A DNA stretch of 64,000 nt from Anaerolineae bacterium (lineage in GTDB: Bacteria; Chloroflexota; Anaerolineae; Aggregatilineales; UBA2796). A program made the position numbers and the translations under genes. The notes beneath the pieces were generated by a model. That model had not been told where the DNA came from, searched no databases, and was given only the letters and a program-made list of their open reading frames with translations. The number at the start of each line of letters is the position of its first letter. Position 1 is the first letter of the stretch. This document shows positions 27,740-38,268 of the stretch, piece after piece. The stretch spans positions 1-64,000 of the forward strand of contig JAHBVK010000033.1 in assembly GCA_019637555.1 (NCBI GenBank), read 5' to 3'.

Positions 27740-28864
27740 TCACCGATCAGAAGGCAATGCAGCCGACGTGACAAAAGCCTCCGTCATGCCCTCATCTTCA
27801 ATAGGCTTGAGCGCACGTCGGCGTATCGCCAACCGGATTGCCCAATCTAAGGCGAGCCGAATCATAAGGATGTATAAAGCAAATCCCGCGCCTATCATCA
27901 CCAGTCGTTGCAATTGATGGTTAGCGTCAACGGTCAGGCGCGTAAAGTCAGTGATCAGCAACATACCGCCATCTGCCAAGCTAGATACTGTGACTTGAAG
28001 TGAATCTACAATGCCGGAAATGTCTTTCGGACACATTCCACCGTAAGGACCATAGATACAAGGACCCATGTTGCTTGCCAATGGAGATATGGCATATGAG
28101 ATCGCCTGAGATGGGCGCAATGAGTTAGCAATTGGGATAATGGCGAACCAAGACCACAATACCGCCGTAATCAACACAAAACGCATCGTGATCGCTAATA
28201 GGTAACCTGCCAAGCGATTAAGCTGCGCTTGTAACATCGCCGCTATGGAGATAACCACAATAAGAATTGATTCCATAAGGGCAAAAATCAACAAGAAGCC
28301 GATAGCGGTAGTCATCAACTTAACACGGACTATATCCATCATGGCGCTTGGGTAATTGTTCCAATAACACAATCCGCCAAAGTAGCTATAGCAGTTAGGT
28401 ATTGCTGTGGTGAACAAATATTGCGACAACCCAACAGCGATGCCCATTCTCGGCAGCGCGGCAAGGATCGTGTCTATAGCGACAAGGCGCATGACCACCC
28501 ATACTTTGGAGACAATAATCTGAGGCGCATCTAGTGTCGTTAACACGAGTGCGTCCCAATGATCGCTATCCAAATGGCGGGCAATTACAGAAGTCGCTAG
28601 TATGACGGTTCGCACGATAAGCAGCGTCGTTAAGCCGTAAATAATGAACGCCATCAATGGCAACAAAATATAAGTATGTGTAGCGTCAATCATTGGTATC
28701 CATAAAGGAAGGACACCAGCGCAATAGGCAGCGACAAAGACTATGCCGTACAGCCACTTACTCGCGCTGGACTGCTCTCTTAACTGTCGTCGCAAGTAGC
28801 GCAAATCCGCATCCACCAGCGCCGGATGAAGCCAATTTCGCGCTGCTTGTCGCCACATCTGCAT
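27740..28864 (-). CDS. Hypothetical polytopic membrane protein.
   Basis: Six or more hydrophobic helices. Co-directional and adjacent to the CARDB protein gene (probable operon). Confidence 0.5.
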   Translation of the reverse strand: MQMWRQAARNWLHPALVDADLRYLRRQLREQSSASKWLYGIVFVAAYCAGVLPLWIPMIDATHTYILLPLMAFIIYGLTTLLIVRTVILATSVIARHLDSDHWDALVLTTLDAPQIIVSKVWVVMRLVAIDTILAALPRMGIAVGLSQYLFTTAIPNCYSYFGGLCYWNNYPSAMMDIVRVKLMTTAIGFLLIFALMESILIVVISIAAMLQAQLNRLAGYLLAITMRFVLITAVLWSWFAIIPIANSLRPSQAISYAISPLASNMGPCIYGPYGGMCPKDISGIVDSLQVTVSSLADGGMLLITDFTRLTVDANHQLQRLVMIGAGFALYILMIRLALDWAIRLAIRRRALKPIEDEGMTEAFVTSAALPSDR

Positions 28865-29043
28865 AAGTTGATCCTAGTGCTTTTACTTCGCATCATAGCC
28901 GGATGTCACCTCAATTCTTGACCTCTACCCTTCCACTTGCATACTATAGGATGCTGATATGCCGTCGCCGCAAAATACAAAGTCGCGTTGGCTCTGTCCC
29001 TAGTTTGCGATACCATTTACACAATTGACCATATGCATGATCA

Positions 29044-30405
29044 GTGAATCACTCAAACCACTTGATGCTTAATTCCTCAACAATTCCAGTGACTCTACCC
29101 ACCACGCGGCATGTCCTTAGTAACGGCATGGTAGTTCTGCTCAAAGAAGTGCATACTGCTCCGGTGATCAGTTGGTGGCTGCTCTACCGCGTTGGCAGTC
29201 GCAATGAGCGCACAGGCTTGACGGGTGCATCGCATTGGGTTGAACACATGATGTTCAAAGGCACCGAGCAATTTCCGGCGGGCTTTCTGGATCGCGCTAT
29301 CGAGCGTGATGGCGGTTTCTGGAACGCCCAAACATCCTATGATTACACCGCCTACTTCGAGACGATGCCCGCTGATCGGATCGATCTGGCGCTGCGTGCC
29401 GAAGCAGATCGCATGATCGGGTCACGCTTCGCGCCCGACGAAGTTGCCACCGAACGCAGCGTGATCATCTCCGAGCGTCAGGGCAGCGAGAACTATCCGC
29501 TGACGTGGCTGGGTGAGGAAGTGCAGGCAGCGGCATTCCGCGTACATCCTTACCACCACCAGATCATCGGCGATATGACCGATCTGGAGCAGATGACCCG
29601 CGACGATCTGTACAACCACTATCGCACCTACTACGCGCCGAGCAATGCTATCGGTTCGCTGGTCGGGGATTTCGATAGTGAGCAAATGCTGCGGCGCTTG
29701 GAAGAACTGTTCGGTTCGTTGCCATCACCTGAGCGCCCCAAACCATTCAGCCGGATCGAGCCGACGCAAACAGGTGAGCGCCGCGTGCGCGTGGAGCGTC
29801 CCGGACCGGAGCGTTATATCAGCATCGCCTACAAGTCGCCGCCCGTCACACATCCCGATTGGACGAAGCTATATTTGCTAGATAGCGTACTCGGCGGCGC
29901 AAGCGGATTCGGCGGTGGCGGCGTGGGCAACCGCACCTCGCGCTACTATCAGGCGCTGGTCAAGACGCAGATGGTCGCCTCAATCAGCAGTGGCTTGAAC
30001 GAGAGCATTGATCCCTTCCTCTATTCTATTGATGCGGTGCTGCGCGAGGGACGTTCGCTAGAAGAAGTCGAAGCCGCCATCCTCGCGGAGATTGACAAAG
30101 CGGCGCAAGGCGACATCACGCAGGCGGAACTGGATAAGGCGGTCAAGCAGGCGCGGGCGCTGCTGGCGTATTCTGGCGAAACCGTCACCAATCAGGCTTT
30201 CTGGCTGGCGTACTTCGAGCACGTCGCGGACGATCACCGCTGGCTGGATCATTTTGTGGATCGACTGCGCGCCGTCACGCTGGACGATCTGCAATACGCC
30301 GCGCAGACCTATTTGATCCCGTCGCAGCGCACGGTAGGCTGGTTCATCCCGACGGGCGAACTTGAAGACGATGATTTCGAGGATGAGATGGACGGGGATG
30401 ACTAG
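29044..30405 (+). CDS. M16 family zinc peptidase (insulinase-like), catalytic subunit.
   Basis: Inverted zinc motif HWVEH (HxxEH) with the downstream Glu. Acidic C-terminal tail. Confidence 0.8.
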   Translation: MNHSNHLMLNSSTIPVTLPTTRHVLSNGMVVLLKEVHTAPVISWWLLYRVGSRNERTGLTGASHWVEHMMFKGTEQFPAGFLDRAIERDGGFWNAQTSYDYTAYFETMPADRIDLALRAEADRMIGSRFAPDEVATERSVIISERQGSENYPLTWLGEEVQAAAFRVHPYHHQIIGDMTDLEQMTRDDLYNHYRTYYAPSNAIGSLVGDFDSEQMLRRLEELFGSLPSPERPKPFSRIEPTQTGERRVRVERPGPERYISIAYKSPPVTHPDWTKLYLLDSVLGGASGFGGGGVGNRTSRYYQALVKTQMVASISSGLNESIDPFLYSIDAVLREGRSLEEVEAAILAEIDKAAQGDITQAELDKAVKQARALLAYSGETVTNQAFWLAYFEHVADDHRWLDHFVDRLRAVTLDDLQYAAQTYLIPSQRTVGWFIPTGELEDDDFEDEMDGDD

Positions 30406-30448
30406 ACTATGGGTTGAATCCTCCGCGCAATCGATATCCGTCGTGCGC

Positions 30449-30540
30449 GGAATGATGCGCTGAGGATAGGTCTGGCAACCTACCCCTACGAAAGAAGAAA
30501 TACAATAAGCGTCACCGTAGGGGTAGGTTTCTAACTCACC
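30449..30540. repeat. Long palindromic hairpin element.
   Basis: aacctacccctacg ... cgtaggggtaggtt inverted repeat between the two M16 genes. Confidence 0.45.
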
Positions 30541-30600
30541 CATATAGTGATCAACCTACAAAAAAGCCGTAACTACACCAATCGTATAGAGGATTCCTAG

Positions 30601-31890
30601 TTGACCAACGCCACCTCCTTTCCTAGCCCCGCCGATGTCGCCCGCGTCGTGTTGCCCAACGGCATCATCGTGTTGGCGCGTGAGAATTTTGCCTCGCAGT
30701 CCGTCGTGATCACCGGATCGCTGCGTGTCGGCAGCATCCACGAGCCAGCTGAACGCACTGGATTGGCATCCTTCGTCACAGCGGCATTGATGCGTGGCAC
30801 GCATAACCGTGATTTCGATACGCTGCACGGTGAACTGGAAGGCATTGGCGCGAGTCTGGGCATCGGTGGCGGCGTGCATACCAGCAGCTTCAGCGGCAAA
30901 TCGCTGGCGGAAGATCTACCCACGCTACTCGATTTGCTTTCCGATGTGCTGCGCTATCCGGCATTTCCGCAAGATCAAACCGAACGCTTGCGCGGCGAAA
31001 TGCTCACCGGATTGCGAATCCGCTTGCAGGATACCCGCGCAGTGGCAAGCGATAGCTTCCGCAATCTGACATACCCGGAAGGGCATCCTTACCGCCGCGA
31101 TCTCAATGGCACGGTGGAAAGTATGAGTCGGCTGACGCTGGACGAAGTGCGCGAATTTCACCGCAGCACCTTTGGACCCAACGCCATGATCATCGTGGTC
31201 GTTGGTGCGGTCAAAGCAGAAGATGCCATCGCGCAGGTACGTCGCACCTTTGAAGGCTGGCAAAATCCCGATCAACCAGCAGAAATCGCGCTGCCGCCGA
31301 TTCCGGCGATGACGGAAATTCGCCAGCAGTTCAACGTGATCCCCGGCAAAACACAGTCAGACATCGTAATGGGCTGGACGGGTCCCTCGCGCCTGTCTCC
31401 AGATTTTCATCACGCCAACATCGCCAACAACATTCTCGGTGTTTTCGGCATGATGGGCAGACTCGGCAAAACGGTGCGCGAAGAACAGGGCTTGGCGTAT
31501 TCGGCAGGCAGCCGTGTCGGGGGTGGCTTCGGTCCTTCGCCATGGAGCGTCAGTGCGGGCGTGAATCCGGCGAATGTACGGCTGGCACTTGATAGCATCG
31601 TGGCGCAAGTGAAGCGCATGACCGATGAAATGGTCAGCGAAGATGAGCTTGAGGAGAATAAGCAGAACTTCATCAGGCGGCTGCCACTCTCGTTGGAGAG
31701 CAATGAAGGCGTCGCGGGTTCGATCCTGAACATGGAGATTTATCACCTCGGACTCGATTATCTACAGCGCTATGCCGATATCATCAATGCGATAACGCGC
31801 GAGGATCTACTACGTGCTGCGCAAACTTATTTGAAGCCTGATGCCTACGCACTGGGCGTAGCTGGTCCGCAGATTGCAGGCGAAGAATAG
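30601..31890 (+). CDS. M16 family peptidase-like protein lacking the HxxEH motif (non-catalytic partner subunit).
   Basis: M16 fold features (GLASFVTAALMRGT), but no HxxEH. TTG start. Paired with the upstream catalytic M16. Confidence 0.7.
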   Translation: MTNATSFPSPADVARVVLPNGIIVLARENFASQSVVITGSLRVGSIHEPAERTGLASFVTAALMRGTHNRDFDTLHGELEGIGASLGIGGGVHTSSFSGKSLAEDLPTLLDLLSDVLRYPAFPQDQTERLRGEMLTGLRIRLQDTRAVASDSFRNLTYPEGHPYRRDLNGTVESMSRLTLDEVREFHRSTFGPNAMIIVVVGAVKAEDAIAQVRRTFEGWQNPDQPAEIALPPIPAMTEIRQQFNVIPGKTQSDIVMGWTGPSRLSPDFHHANIANNILGVFGMMGRLGKTVREEQGLAYSAGSRVGGGFGPSPWSVSAGVNPANVRLALDSIVAQVKRMTDEMVSEDELEENKQNFIRRLPLSLESNEGVAGSILNMEIYHLGLDYLQRYADIINAITREDLLRAAQTYLKPDAYALGVAGPQIAGEE

Positions 31891-31994
31891 CCTCAAAACG
31901 AACGACGCCCACATCCATAGGATGTGAGCGCCGCCCTGAGAGAGTTGTCTGTGAAGCAATCCCCGTTAGTGGAACTGCACTTCGTCGTGGTGCG

Positions 31995-32450
31995 TTATTG
32001 CGCCTGGATGGTGAAGTCGGGGATGATCAGCACCTGACCGACGTAAATGCGATTGATGTTGACGATGTTGTTCACGCGTGCCAACACATACGGATCAATA
32101 CCGTAGCGGCGCGCGATCAAGAACAGGGAATCGCCCGGCTGAACGATGTAGCGTGTGCCCGTTGGCTGCGGCTGCGGTACGGGACCTTCCTGACCGCCGG
32201 GACGTACGCACAGCTTCTGACCGACGTAGATCAGAGTGCTGCCCCACAAGCCGTTCATCTCCTGCAACAGTGATATCGAAACACCGTAGCGGATCGACAA
32301 GCGGTACAGCGTATCGCCGTAAGTGACGGTGTGCTGAACGGCGCAGCCGCCAGCCTGACTCGGTGCGACTGAACCGCCGACGTGCAGAGAAAGTACTGTC
32401 GCTAACGCGATGGCAAACAAGATCGCGCGTTTGATCATATGGTGAGTCAT
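31995..32450 (-). CDS. LysM-domain protein with two LysM repeats and an N-terminal anchor.
   Basis: HTVTYGDTLYRLSIRYGVSISLL and YIVQPGDSLFLIARRYGIDPYVL LysM motifs. Start at the internal ATG with an AAAGGGGA RBS. Confidence 0.75.
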   Translation of the reverse strand: MTHHMIKRAILFAIALATVLSLHVGGSVAPSQAGGCAVQHTVTYGDTLYRLSIRYGVSISLLQEMNGLWGSTLIYVGQKLCVRPGGQEGPVPQPQPTGTRYIVQPGDSLFLIARRYGIDPYVLARVNNIVNINRIYVGQVLIIPDFTIQAQ

Positions 32451-32662
32451 TGTTGTTCCCCTTTTGTTGCTGTTTGAATGACTACTGCCCACATTCAACC
32501 ACGAAACGCCATGTTGATCCTTCCGCGCAAGTGATGAATCGAACTCCTACTTCAGTAGGGCAATATGAGGAAGGCGCTGATTGCAGTACACTTAATTCAG
32601 AGTGACACGACCAATATCAGGAATTAGCGCGAATCGAATTGAAGGGAAAGGCATTTAGGGAG

Positions 32663-33541
32663 ATGAGTGATCAAAAGTTGACGGTAGCAGTACTTGGCTT
32701 GGGGATCATGGGCGCTGGCATCGCGGCTAACATCATGAGCAAAGGCTTTCCATTGATCGTTTACAACCGCACACCTGCCAAAACAGAACCTTTTGCCGCC
32801 AAAGGCGCACAGGTTGCCGACTCGCCGCGCCGTGCTGCTGAAGCCGCCGACATAGTGCTGGTATGCGTGGGCGATGATCTGGCATCTAGTGAAGTCTGGT
32901 TGGGTGAGAATGGCGCGCTGGCAGGAGCGAAACCCGACGCGGTTTTGATCGAGTGCAGCACCCTGACGCCTGACTGGATACGCGAGTTAGCTGGCTTGGC
33001 GGCTGAGCGTGGCTGTTCACTTCTAGATGCGCCGCTGTTCGGCAGCAAAGATGCGGCAGTCAGTGGCAAGGTGCGAGTCGTAGTTGGTGGACATAAGGAA
33101 GCATTCGAGAAGGCGCTGCCTGTCTTGGAAGCGTTCACGGCGCAAGTAGTGTATCTCGGCGTCAGCGGTGCTGGCTCGACGTGGAAGCTGCTCAACAATA
33201 TGATGGGCGCGGTCAGTCTGGCGGTCGCCTCCGAAGCGGTGATCATTGCGGAGAAAGCCGGACTAGACATGGCACAGGTAGCCAAGCTGCTGCCGGGCAG
33301 TGCAGGCGCGAGTCCCGTCGTACAGGGCAAGACAACGCGCATTCTCGAGCAGCGTTACGACGATCCCGATTTCGCGCTCAAGTGGATGCAAAAGGATGTC
33401 GGCTACGTGTTGCGTTTGGCGGAGCAGTTCAGCGCATCAGCGGAGCAGGCACGTGCCGCGCTCAAGCTGATCGAAGTTGCACGCGCCAAGGGTTACGGCG
33501 ACTCCGATTTCGCCGCTGTGATCGAAGCCTTGCGTGGGTGA
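32663..33541 (+). CDS. NAD(P)-dependent oxidoreductase, 3-hydroxyisobutyrate dehydrogenase / 2-hydroxy-3-oxopropionate reductase family.
   Basis: VAVLGLGIMGAGIAANI dinucleotide-binding motif. Length about 290 aa. Confidence 0.75.
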   Translation: MSDQKLTVAVLGLGIMGAGIAANIMSKGFPLIVYNRTPAKTEPFAAKGAQVADSPRRAAEAADIVLVCVGDDLASSEVWLGENGALAGAKPDAVLIECSTLTPDWIRELAGLAAERGCSLLDAPLFGSKDAAVSGKVRVVVGGHKEAFEKALPVLEAFTAQVVYLGVSGAGSTWKLLNNMMGAVSLAVASEAVIIAEKAGLDMAQVAKLLPGSAGASPVVQGKTTRILEQRYDDPDFALKWMQKDVGYVLRLAEQFSASAEQARAALKLIEVARAKGYGDSDFAAVIEALRG

Positions 33542-33690
33542 GACTACGCGCACTTGACTGATCGAAAACTGATCGAAAATCGAGGGGCAGATGAATGTTC
33601 ATCTGCCCCTCGATGCTTTAGCCTGGAGACTTTCAAGTTTATGCTTCGTAGTGGTGAATTTCACCACTACGAAGGTTTTCAGCTTCAGGG

Positions 33691-36600
33691 TCAGCCTACC
33701 GAGACGACCACATCATCGACCTGCCAGCCATCGGCAACCGTGCTGTTGACCGTCGAGTCAAGCTGCCATTTGAGCATCACCTCGATCTGCGCCCCCGATC
33801 CATTGGGGATGGTGTAGCTGGTTGCTACCCAATCTTGCAGCGCGAGTCCGGTGGTCAGATCAGGGCTGTTGGCATTGTGTTCGGTAGCCGCGACCTTATT
33901 CCACGTCGCGCCGCGATCCGTTGAGTACCATGCCGCCGCATGATCCGTATCGGCAATCGACCAGCGTTCACGGTAAGACACGAACGCCGTCTTGCCCGCC
34001 GGAATCTTGATCGTACCGTTGAGGATCAAGCTGCTGCGCGTCAAGTGTGTGTAACGGGTTTCCCACGCGCTAGTGCGTGCTACGTTCTCCGGCTGCGCGA
34101 TGCGGAAGTCAATGTACGGCTCACCCGTCAACGCCACCGTAGAGTGCAGGAAGCGCACTTCAACATCCACCGTACCGCTGATCGGCACACTGTAGTAGAA
34201 GATACGTCGTGCGGTAGTAGCAGTTTCCGGCGTGGTGCTGGTCGAGATGTAAGGTCTCGGCAGCACTGCGCTGGGCGTGATCACACTGCCACCAACGAGC
34301 ACCTGTGCGCCGCCTGTTGCTTCTAAGCGGAACAGATAGGTCTGGGCGGTGGTGGCGGTCAGACGGCGACGCCAGCGGATCGCGTACCACTCATCGTTGT
34401 TCAAGCCGCCTACTGTCCACGATGGGTTGCCCGGTGGGATAGGCAGATTGACATGATCAGCACCGTAGTCGAAGCTGATGTTACCGCCTTCGATCCTGCC
34501 CGGCAGGTTAGCAGTTGTCGCCAACAAGGCTGCCCAGTTGACGCTCGTACCGCCGCTCCAGTTGGCATTAGTGTGATAGAAATCGCCCACCCAACCGGAA
34601 GAAGTGACGCCTGCGCCCGGATAGCCATTGCCCGTCCATGTCGTGCTTACTGGCGACAGGGTAGTGGGATTGTACTCGGCGTAGCCCCACAGGATATTGG
34701 CTGGCGTGCCAGTCGCGGGTACTTTCCAGTCACCTTCGAGTATCCAGCGGCTCGGACCACTCATGGTATCGAAGCCGGGCGGCAGGGCATCGAAGGATTC
34801 CCACACTGGCGCAACGCGGTCAACAATATGGAAACTATCCAGATTGACGCCGTCAGCGGCAGTGGCGGTATCCATCGCCTCCAAACGGATACGTACTTTG
34901 AATGGCTGCTGTGCAGCCGTCAGATTGACGGGCACGATCACCCGCGTCCATGCCAGATTGGTGCTCAGCGAGATGGCTGCGTCAGTGGTTGCCCATTGCT
35001 GCGTCCACGTACCGCCATTTGGTTTGAAGTCTACTGCCAGCGCGTGCGTCGTCGATCCGAAGTTGTACTTCGTCCAGAAGACAATCGCCGGGTAAGAGGC
35101 GGCAGTCGTATTGATGGGTTGGATGAACTCCATTACGCTGCGTTCTGGCTTGTCATAAGGAACACCAGTACCGGGGCTATCGACCCAGCCACCCGTCGTC
35201 GTACCGCTGCTGTTGGTCTTACCGACGTTGTTCGCCCATGCCCAAGTACCACCGACATACCAGTTGTTGGCGGAGGTAGCGGCATCCATGTCTTCGATGT
35301 ACTCGGTACCTGCCGTCAAAGTGACAGGGGTTTGCACCAAGTCTTCGATGCGGAAGTCGTCAATGTAGACACCGTCGCCGGGTACGCCTGTTCCCGTCGC
35401 TTTGATGTTGAAGCGGAACTTCAGACGCGGTGCGCTGGCGATAGTTTGCGGTGGTGTTTGTGCCGCAAGTACCGATACCAGATCGATCTCAAAGCGATAC
35501 CACGCTTTATTCTCTGATCCTTCAGTAGCCTTGTTGAGCTGCCACGCTTGATTCCACGAGATACCGTCGTCGGATGAGAAGTCTAGACGAACGTTGGCAT
35601 TAGGAACTTGCCAGCGCAGCCAGAAACTGATCGTCGGCTTGGTCGAACCAGTGATGCGGATCGCAGGTATCAGTTCGGTGGTCTTGTCCACATCAACCTG
35701 ATACAAGGCACCGTTCGGGCTGTCAGTCAAGGCTGTCGGCAAGCCATGTACAGGGTCGCTACCAGCGGTCAATGCCCAGCCGTTTAGTTCCCAGTCGGTG
35801 GTACTGGTAAACGGTTCAATGAAGGGCAGCGAGCGTTCGCTCACCACATTCAGACGTACTTTAAGGTTATCGATGAACCAACCACTGGCAACGGAAGCGT
35901 CCGTATCCGCCAGCAGTCGGAAGCGAATCATGATCTGCTTACCACGCAGCACCGTACCAGCGTAGTCGGAGTCGAGACGTACTTTGACCGTCTCCCATGT
36001 GATGTTGTTGGTGCCCTGATACAAGTATGGCGTTGTACCACCCAACCGTTGCAGTGGCAGCCACGGTCCTTCAGCGATAGTGGTATCTGGCGCAGTGCCG
36101 GATTTGGTCACTTCGCTGTACTCCACCAGCACCTGATCGGTAGCTGCGGCTAGGCGCACTTGGCTATCAAATTCCAACAGCGGCAGATCACTGCCCGTTG
36201 GGATGTTGAATATTCTATCGATAGTCAGCGGGCAATCTGAACCGCCCGTGTAGCTGCTGAAGTTGACAGGTCCGTTGAGACCACCGTAGGAACCGCTCCA
36301 CCAGACACTGCGGGAACCCGTAGCGCCTTCGTTGACCACGCGCCACGTGCATTCGTTGACGTAGTTGATCTGACTTCCGGTGTTGATAACGTCAGTGAAC
36401 GGCGTAGTCGTGGTGATCGTCACTTCTTGCGGACCGTACTCGAACACACCGATGTCATCAAGATACCAGCCATCTTCTGTGTCATTGGCAGTATCGCTGA
36501 GGACACGGAAGGCGATCTCGACTTTGCCGGACGTACCTGCTCCGGTGAAGTCTTTGGTCACCGTTTCCGATCCGATTTGACCCTGCGCACCGCCTGTCGT

Positions 36601-37938
36601 CGGCTCAACGTAAGCACCCGTAATGTTTTCCAGATCGAGAACGATACGGTTCCAATTGAAGTTCGTGCCGATAGTAGTATGGACGCGCTTCCACAGCCAT
36701 GGATCGGTGCTGCCATAATCGCGGACACCGACGATCAGGCTGTCGCCAGTGTTCAGTTTCCAGCGATTCCAGAAGATCAGGCGGGGGTTATCCATCGTCG
36801 AAATGTCGTACCAGCCGCGCTGCCGCAGCGTGCACGAAGAATTAACGGAATAGTTGATACGGGAGATGCCATCCTGACTATCTGCCCACGCATTGTTGGG
36901 ACTGCGGTTGTAACCTGCTGGCGAGACGATGCTGGCGTTCGTCCACTTGCAGTCGCCGTAATCGCTGACGCGGTTGATGGTTACTTCAATGGAAGCGTTG
37001 CCACTAATATCGCTGAACAGAGCGACAACCTGATGTATGCCTGTTGTAGAGGCGGTGTAGTAGCCTAGTTTGGTGACGACACCATCTGCACTTGGTGCGG
37101 TGATGTCAGTGACGACCGGTGAGCCATCCACTTCAACGCGGAAGAACTCATTACCCGTCACGCGGATTTCCCAAACCTCACCAACGGTAAAAGGTACACC
37201 GGGGTTCAGGGGATCAGGCGGGGTGGCGGGGTCGGTCTGCGCGAGTGCGGTATAGCGGGCGCTAAAGCCATCGGAAGCAACACCCGCATAAGGTGAACCA
37301 CCGCCCCAATCGAACTTCAGATGATCCTGCAAAATCTCAGTGGCAAAAGGTGCACCTGAGAATGTCATCGGAGAATTGAAGTACTCGACATTCCACGCAA
37401 AGCGGGCGCGGCTTGGCGCAGTCACATTATCGTAGTGCCACTGCGTTTCCGTTCCCGGTTGATAGTATGTATTGATGTTGAACTGCTGATCGACGGGCGT
37501 CTGCGAAGGCACAATGTAGGTGCTCGTCGCTGTTGGCGTGTACGTCTTGGTGAACGTAGCCGTAGGCGAGCTGTAGGGAGTCCCCATCGGTGTATCGCTG
37601 GGAGCCAAGGTCGGCAGGATGACGATCTGGTTGGGTGTACGCGGAGGCGGGGTATACGATGCCACCGCCGCGATGTAAGTCCCAAGCTGCTCGACGCTCA
37701 GTGTTGGATACGGTGTCCACGTCTGCTGAAGTAGATTAATCACCGCGTTGCTGAAGATATTGCCGACAGCCGGACCAGTCAAGGCGATGATGCCGATGAT
37801 CGCCATCACCACGAATACGGCGATCAACACATACTCGACCAGCGCCTGACCGGGTTTTCGGAGCAGACCACTGATCTTGATCGCACGATTGCCGCGCTGC
37901 CTTGATGTAGCCATCTTACCTTGATTGGGACGTACCAT
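33691..37938 (-). CDS. Very large (1415 aa) extracellular protein with an Flp/TadE-type prepilin-like N-terminus.
   Basis: N-terminus RKPGQALVEYVLIAVFVVMAIIGIIAL matches the G-x-x-x-x-E-Y class-III signal of Flp/TadE pilins. The rest is Thr/Ser/Trp/Asn-rich beta-rich sequence with no obvious repeats. Confidence 0.7.
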   Translation of the reverse strand: MVRPNQGKMATSRQRGNRAIKISGLLRKPGQALVEYVLIAVFVVMAIIGIIALTGPAVGNIFSNAVINLLQQTWTPYPTLSVEQLGTYIAAVASYTPPPRTPNQIVILPTLAPSDTPMGTPYSSPTATFTKTYTPTATSTYIVPSQTPVDQQFNINTYYQPGTETQWHYDNVTAPSRARFAWNVEYFNSPMTFSGAPFATEILQDHLKFDWGGGSPYAGVASDGFSARYTALAQTDPATPPDPLNPGVPFTVGEVWEIRVTGNEFFRVEVDGSPVVTDITAPSADGVVTKLGYYTASTTGIHQVVALFSDISGNASIEVTINRVSDYGDCKWTNASIVSPAGYNRSPNNAWADSQDGISRINYSVNSSCTLRQRGWYDISTMDNPRLIFWNRWKLNTGDSLIVGVRDYGSTDPWLWKRVHTTIGTNFNWNRIVLDLENITGAYVEPTTGGAQGQIGSETVTKDFTGAGTSGKVEIAFRVLSDTANDTEDGWYLDDIGVFEYGPQEVTITTTTPFTDVINTGSQINYVNECTWRVVNEGATGSRSVWWSGSYGGLNGPVNFSSYTGGSDCPLTIDRIFNIPTGSDLPLLEFDSQVRLAAATDQVLVEYSEVTKSGTAPDTTIAEGPWLPLQRLGGTTPYLYQGTNNITWETVKVRLDSDYAGTVLRGKQIMIRFRLLADTDASVASGWFIDNLKVRLNVVSERSLPFIEPFTSTTDWELNGWALTAGSDPVHGLPTALTDSPNGALYQVDVDKTTELIPAIRITGSTKPTISFWLRWQVPNANVRLDFSSDDGISWNQAWQLNKATEGSENKAWYRFEIDLVSVLAAQTPPQTIASAPRLKFRFNIKATGTGVPGDGVYIDDFRIEDLVQTPVTLTAGTEYIEDMDAATSANNWYVGGTWAWANNVGKTNSSGTTTGGWVDSPGTGVPYDKPERSVMEFIQPINTTAASYPAIVFWTKYNFGSTTHALAVDFKPNGGTWTQQWATTDAAISLSTNLAWTRVIVPVNLTAAQQPFKVRIRLEAMDTATAADGVNLDSFHIVDRVAPVWESFDALPPGFDTMSGPSRWILEGDWKVPATGTPANILWGYAEYNPTTLSPVSTTWTGNGYPGAGVTSSGWVGDFYHTNANWSGGTSVNWAALLATTANLPGRIEGGNISFDYGADHVNLPIPPGNPSWTVGGLNNDEWYAIRWRRRLTATTAQTYLFRLEATGGAQVLVGGSVITPSAVLPRPYISTSTTPETATTARRIFYYSVPISGTVDVEVRFLHSTVALTGEPYIDFRIAQPENVARTSAWETRYTHLTRSSLILNGTIKIPAGKTAFVSYRERWSIADTDHAAAWYSTDRGATWNKVAATEHNANSPDLTTGLALQDWVATSYTIPNGSGAQIEVMLKWQLDSTVNSTVADGWQVDDVVVSVG

Positions 37939-38268
37939 AGCCTCACATCCCCCCGTACACTCTAAATAGTACTGTGAACGAAACGATACTCAGCAGCCGC
38001 AACTTCAATGTTAGCTGTGAACCTGCGACTGTACCTAACCTGACATAATTCGGGTTTGTAGCCCAAAAAGCGATCTCGGAATCAGAGTCCCGACTAGCCC
38101 GATTACTATAGTACATGAGAGTGCGTATTTCGCGGATATTAGTTTGTGTACATTTTGTGTGAAACCATTGACAAAAGAATCGCGGCTGCAAACCTAAATT
38201 TGTAAAAATGGGATCGTGCAAAATCAGAAGAAAACTCGCTATAATGTGGGATAAGTGGCGCGGGGCAT

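Noticed and set aside
34453-35517. 354-aa + strand ORF and several others (33940-34326, 36427-37068) inside the giant gene
   Set aside because: All are antisense to the continuous 1415-aa ORF, which has a credible signal sequence and no internal stops. They are treated as GC-driven artefacts.
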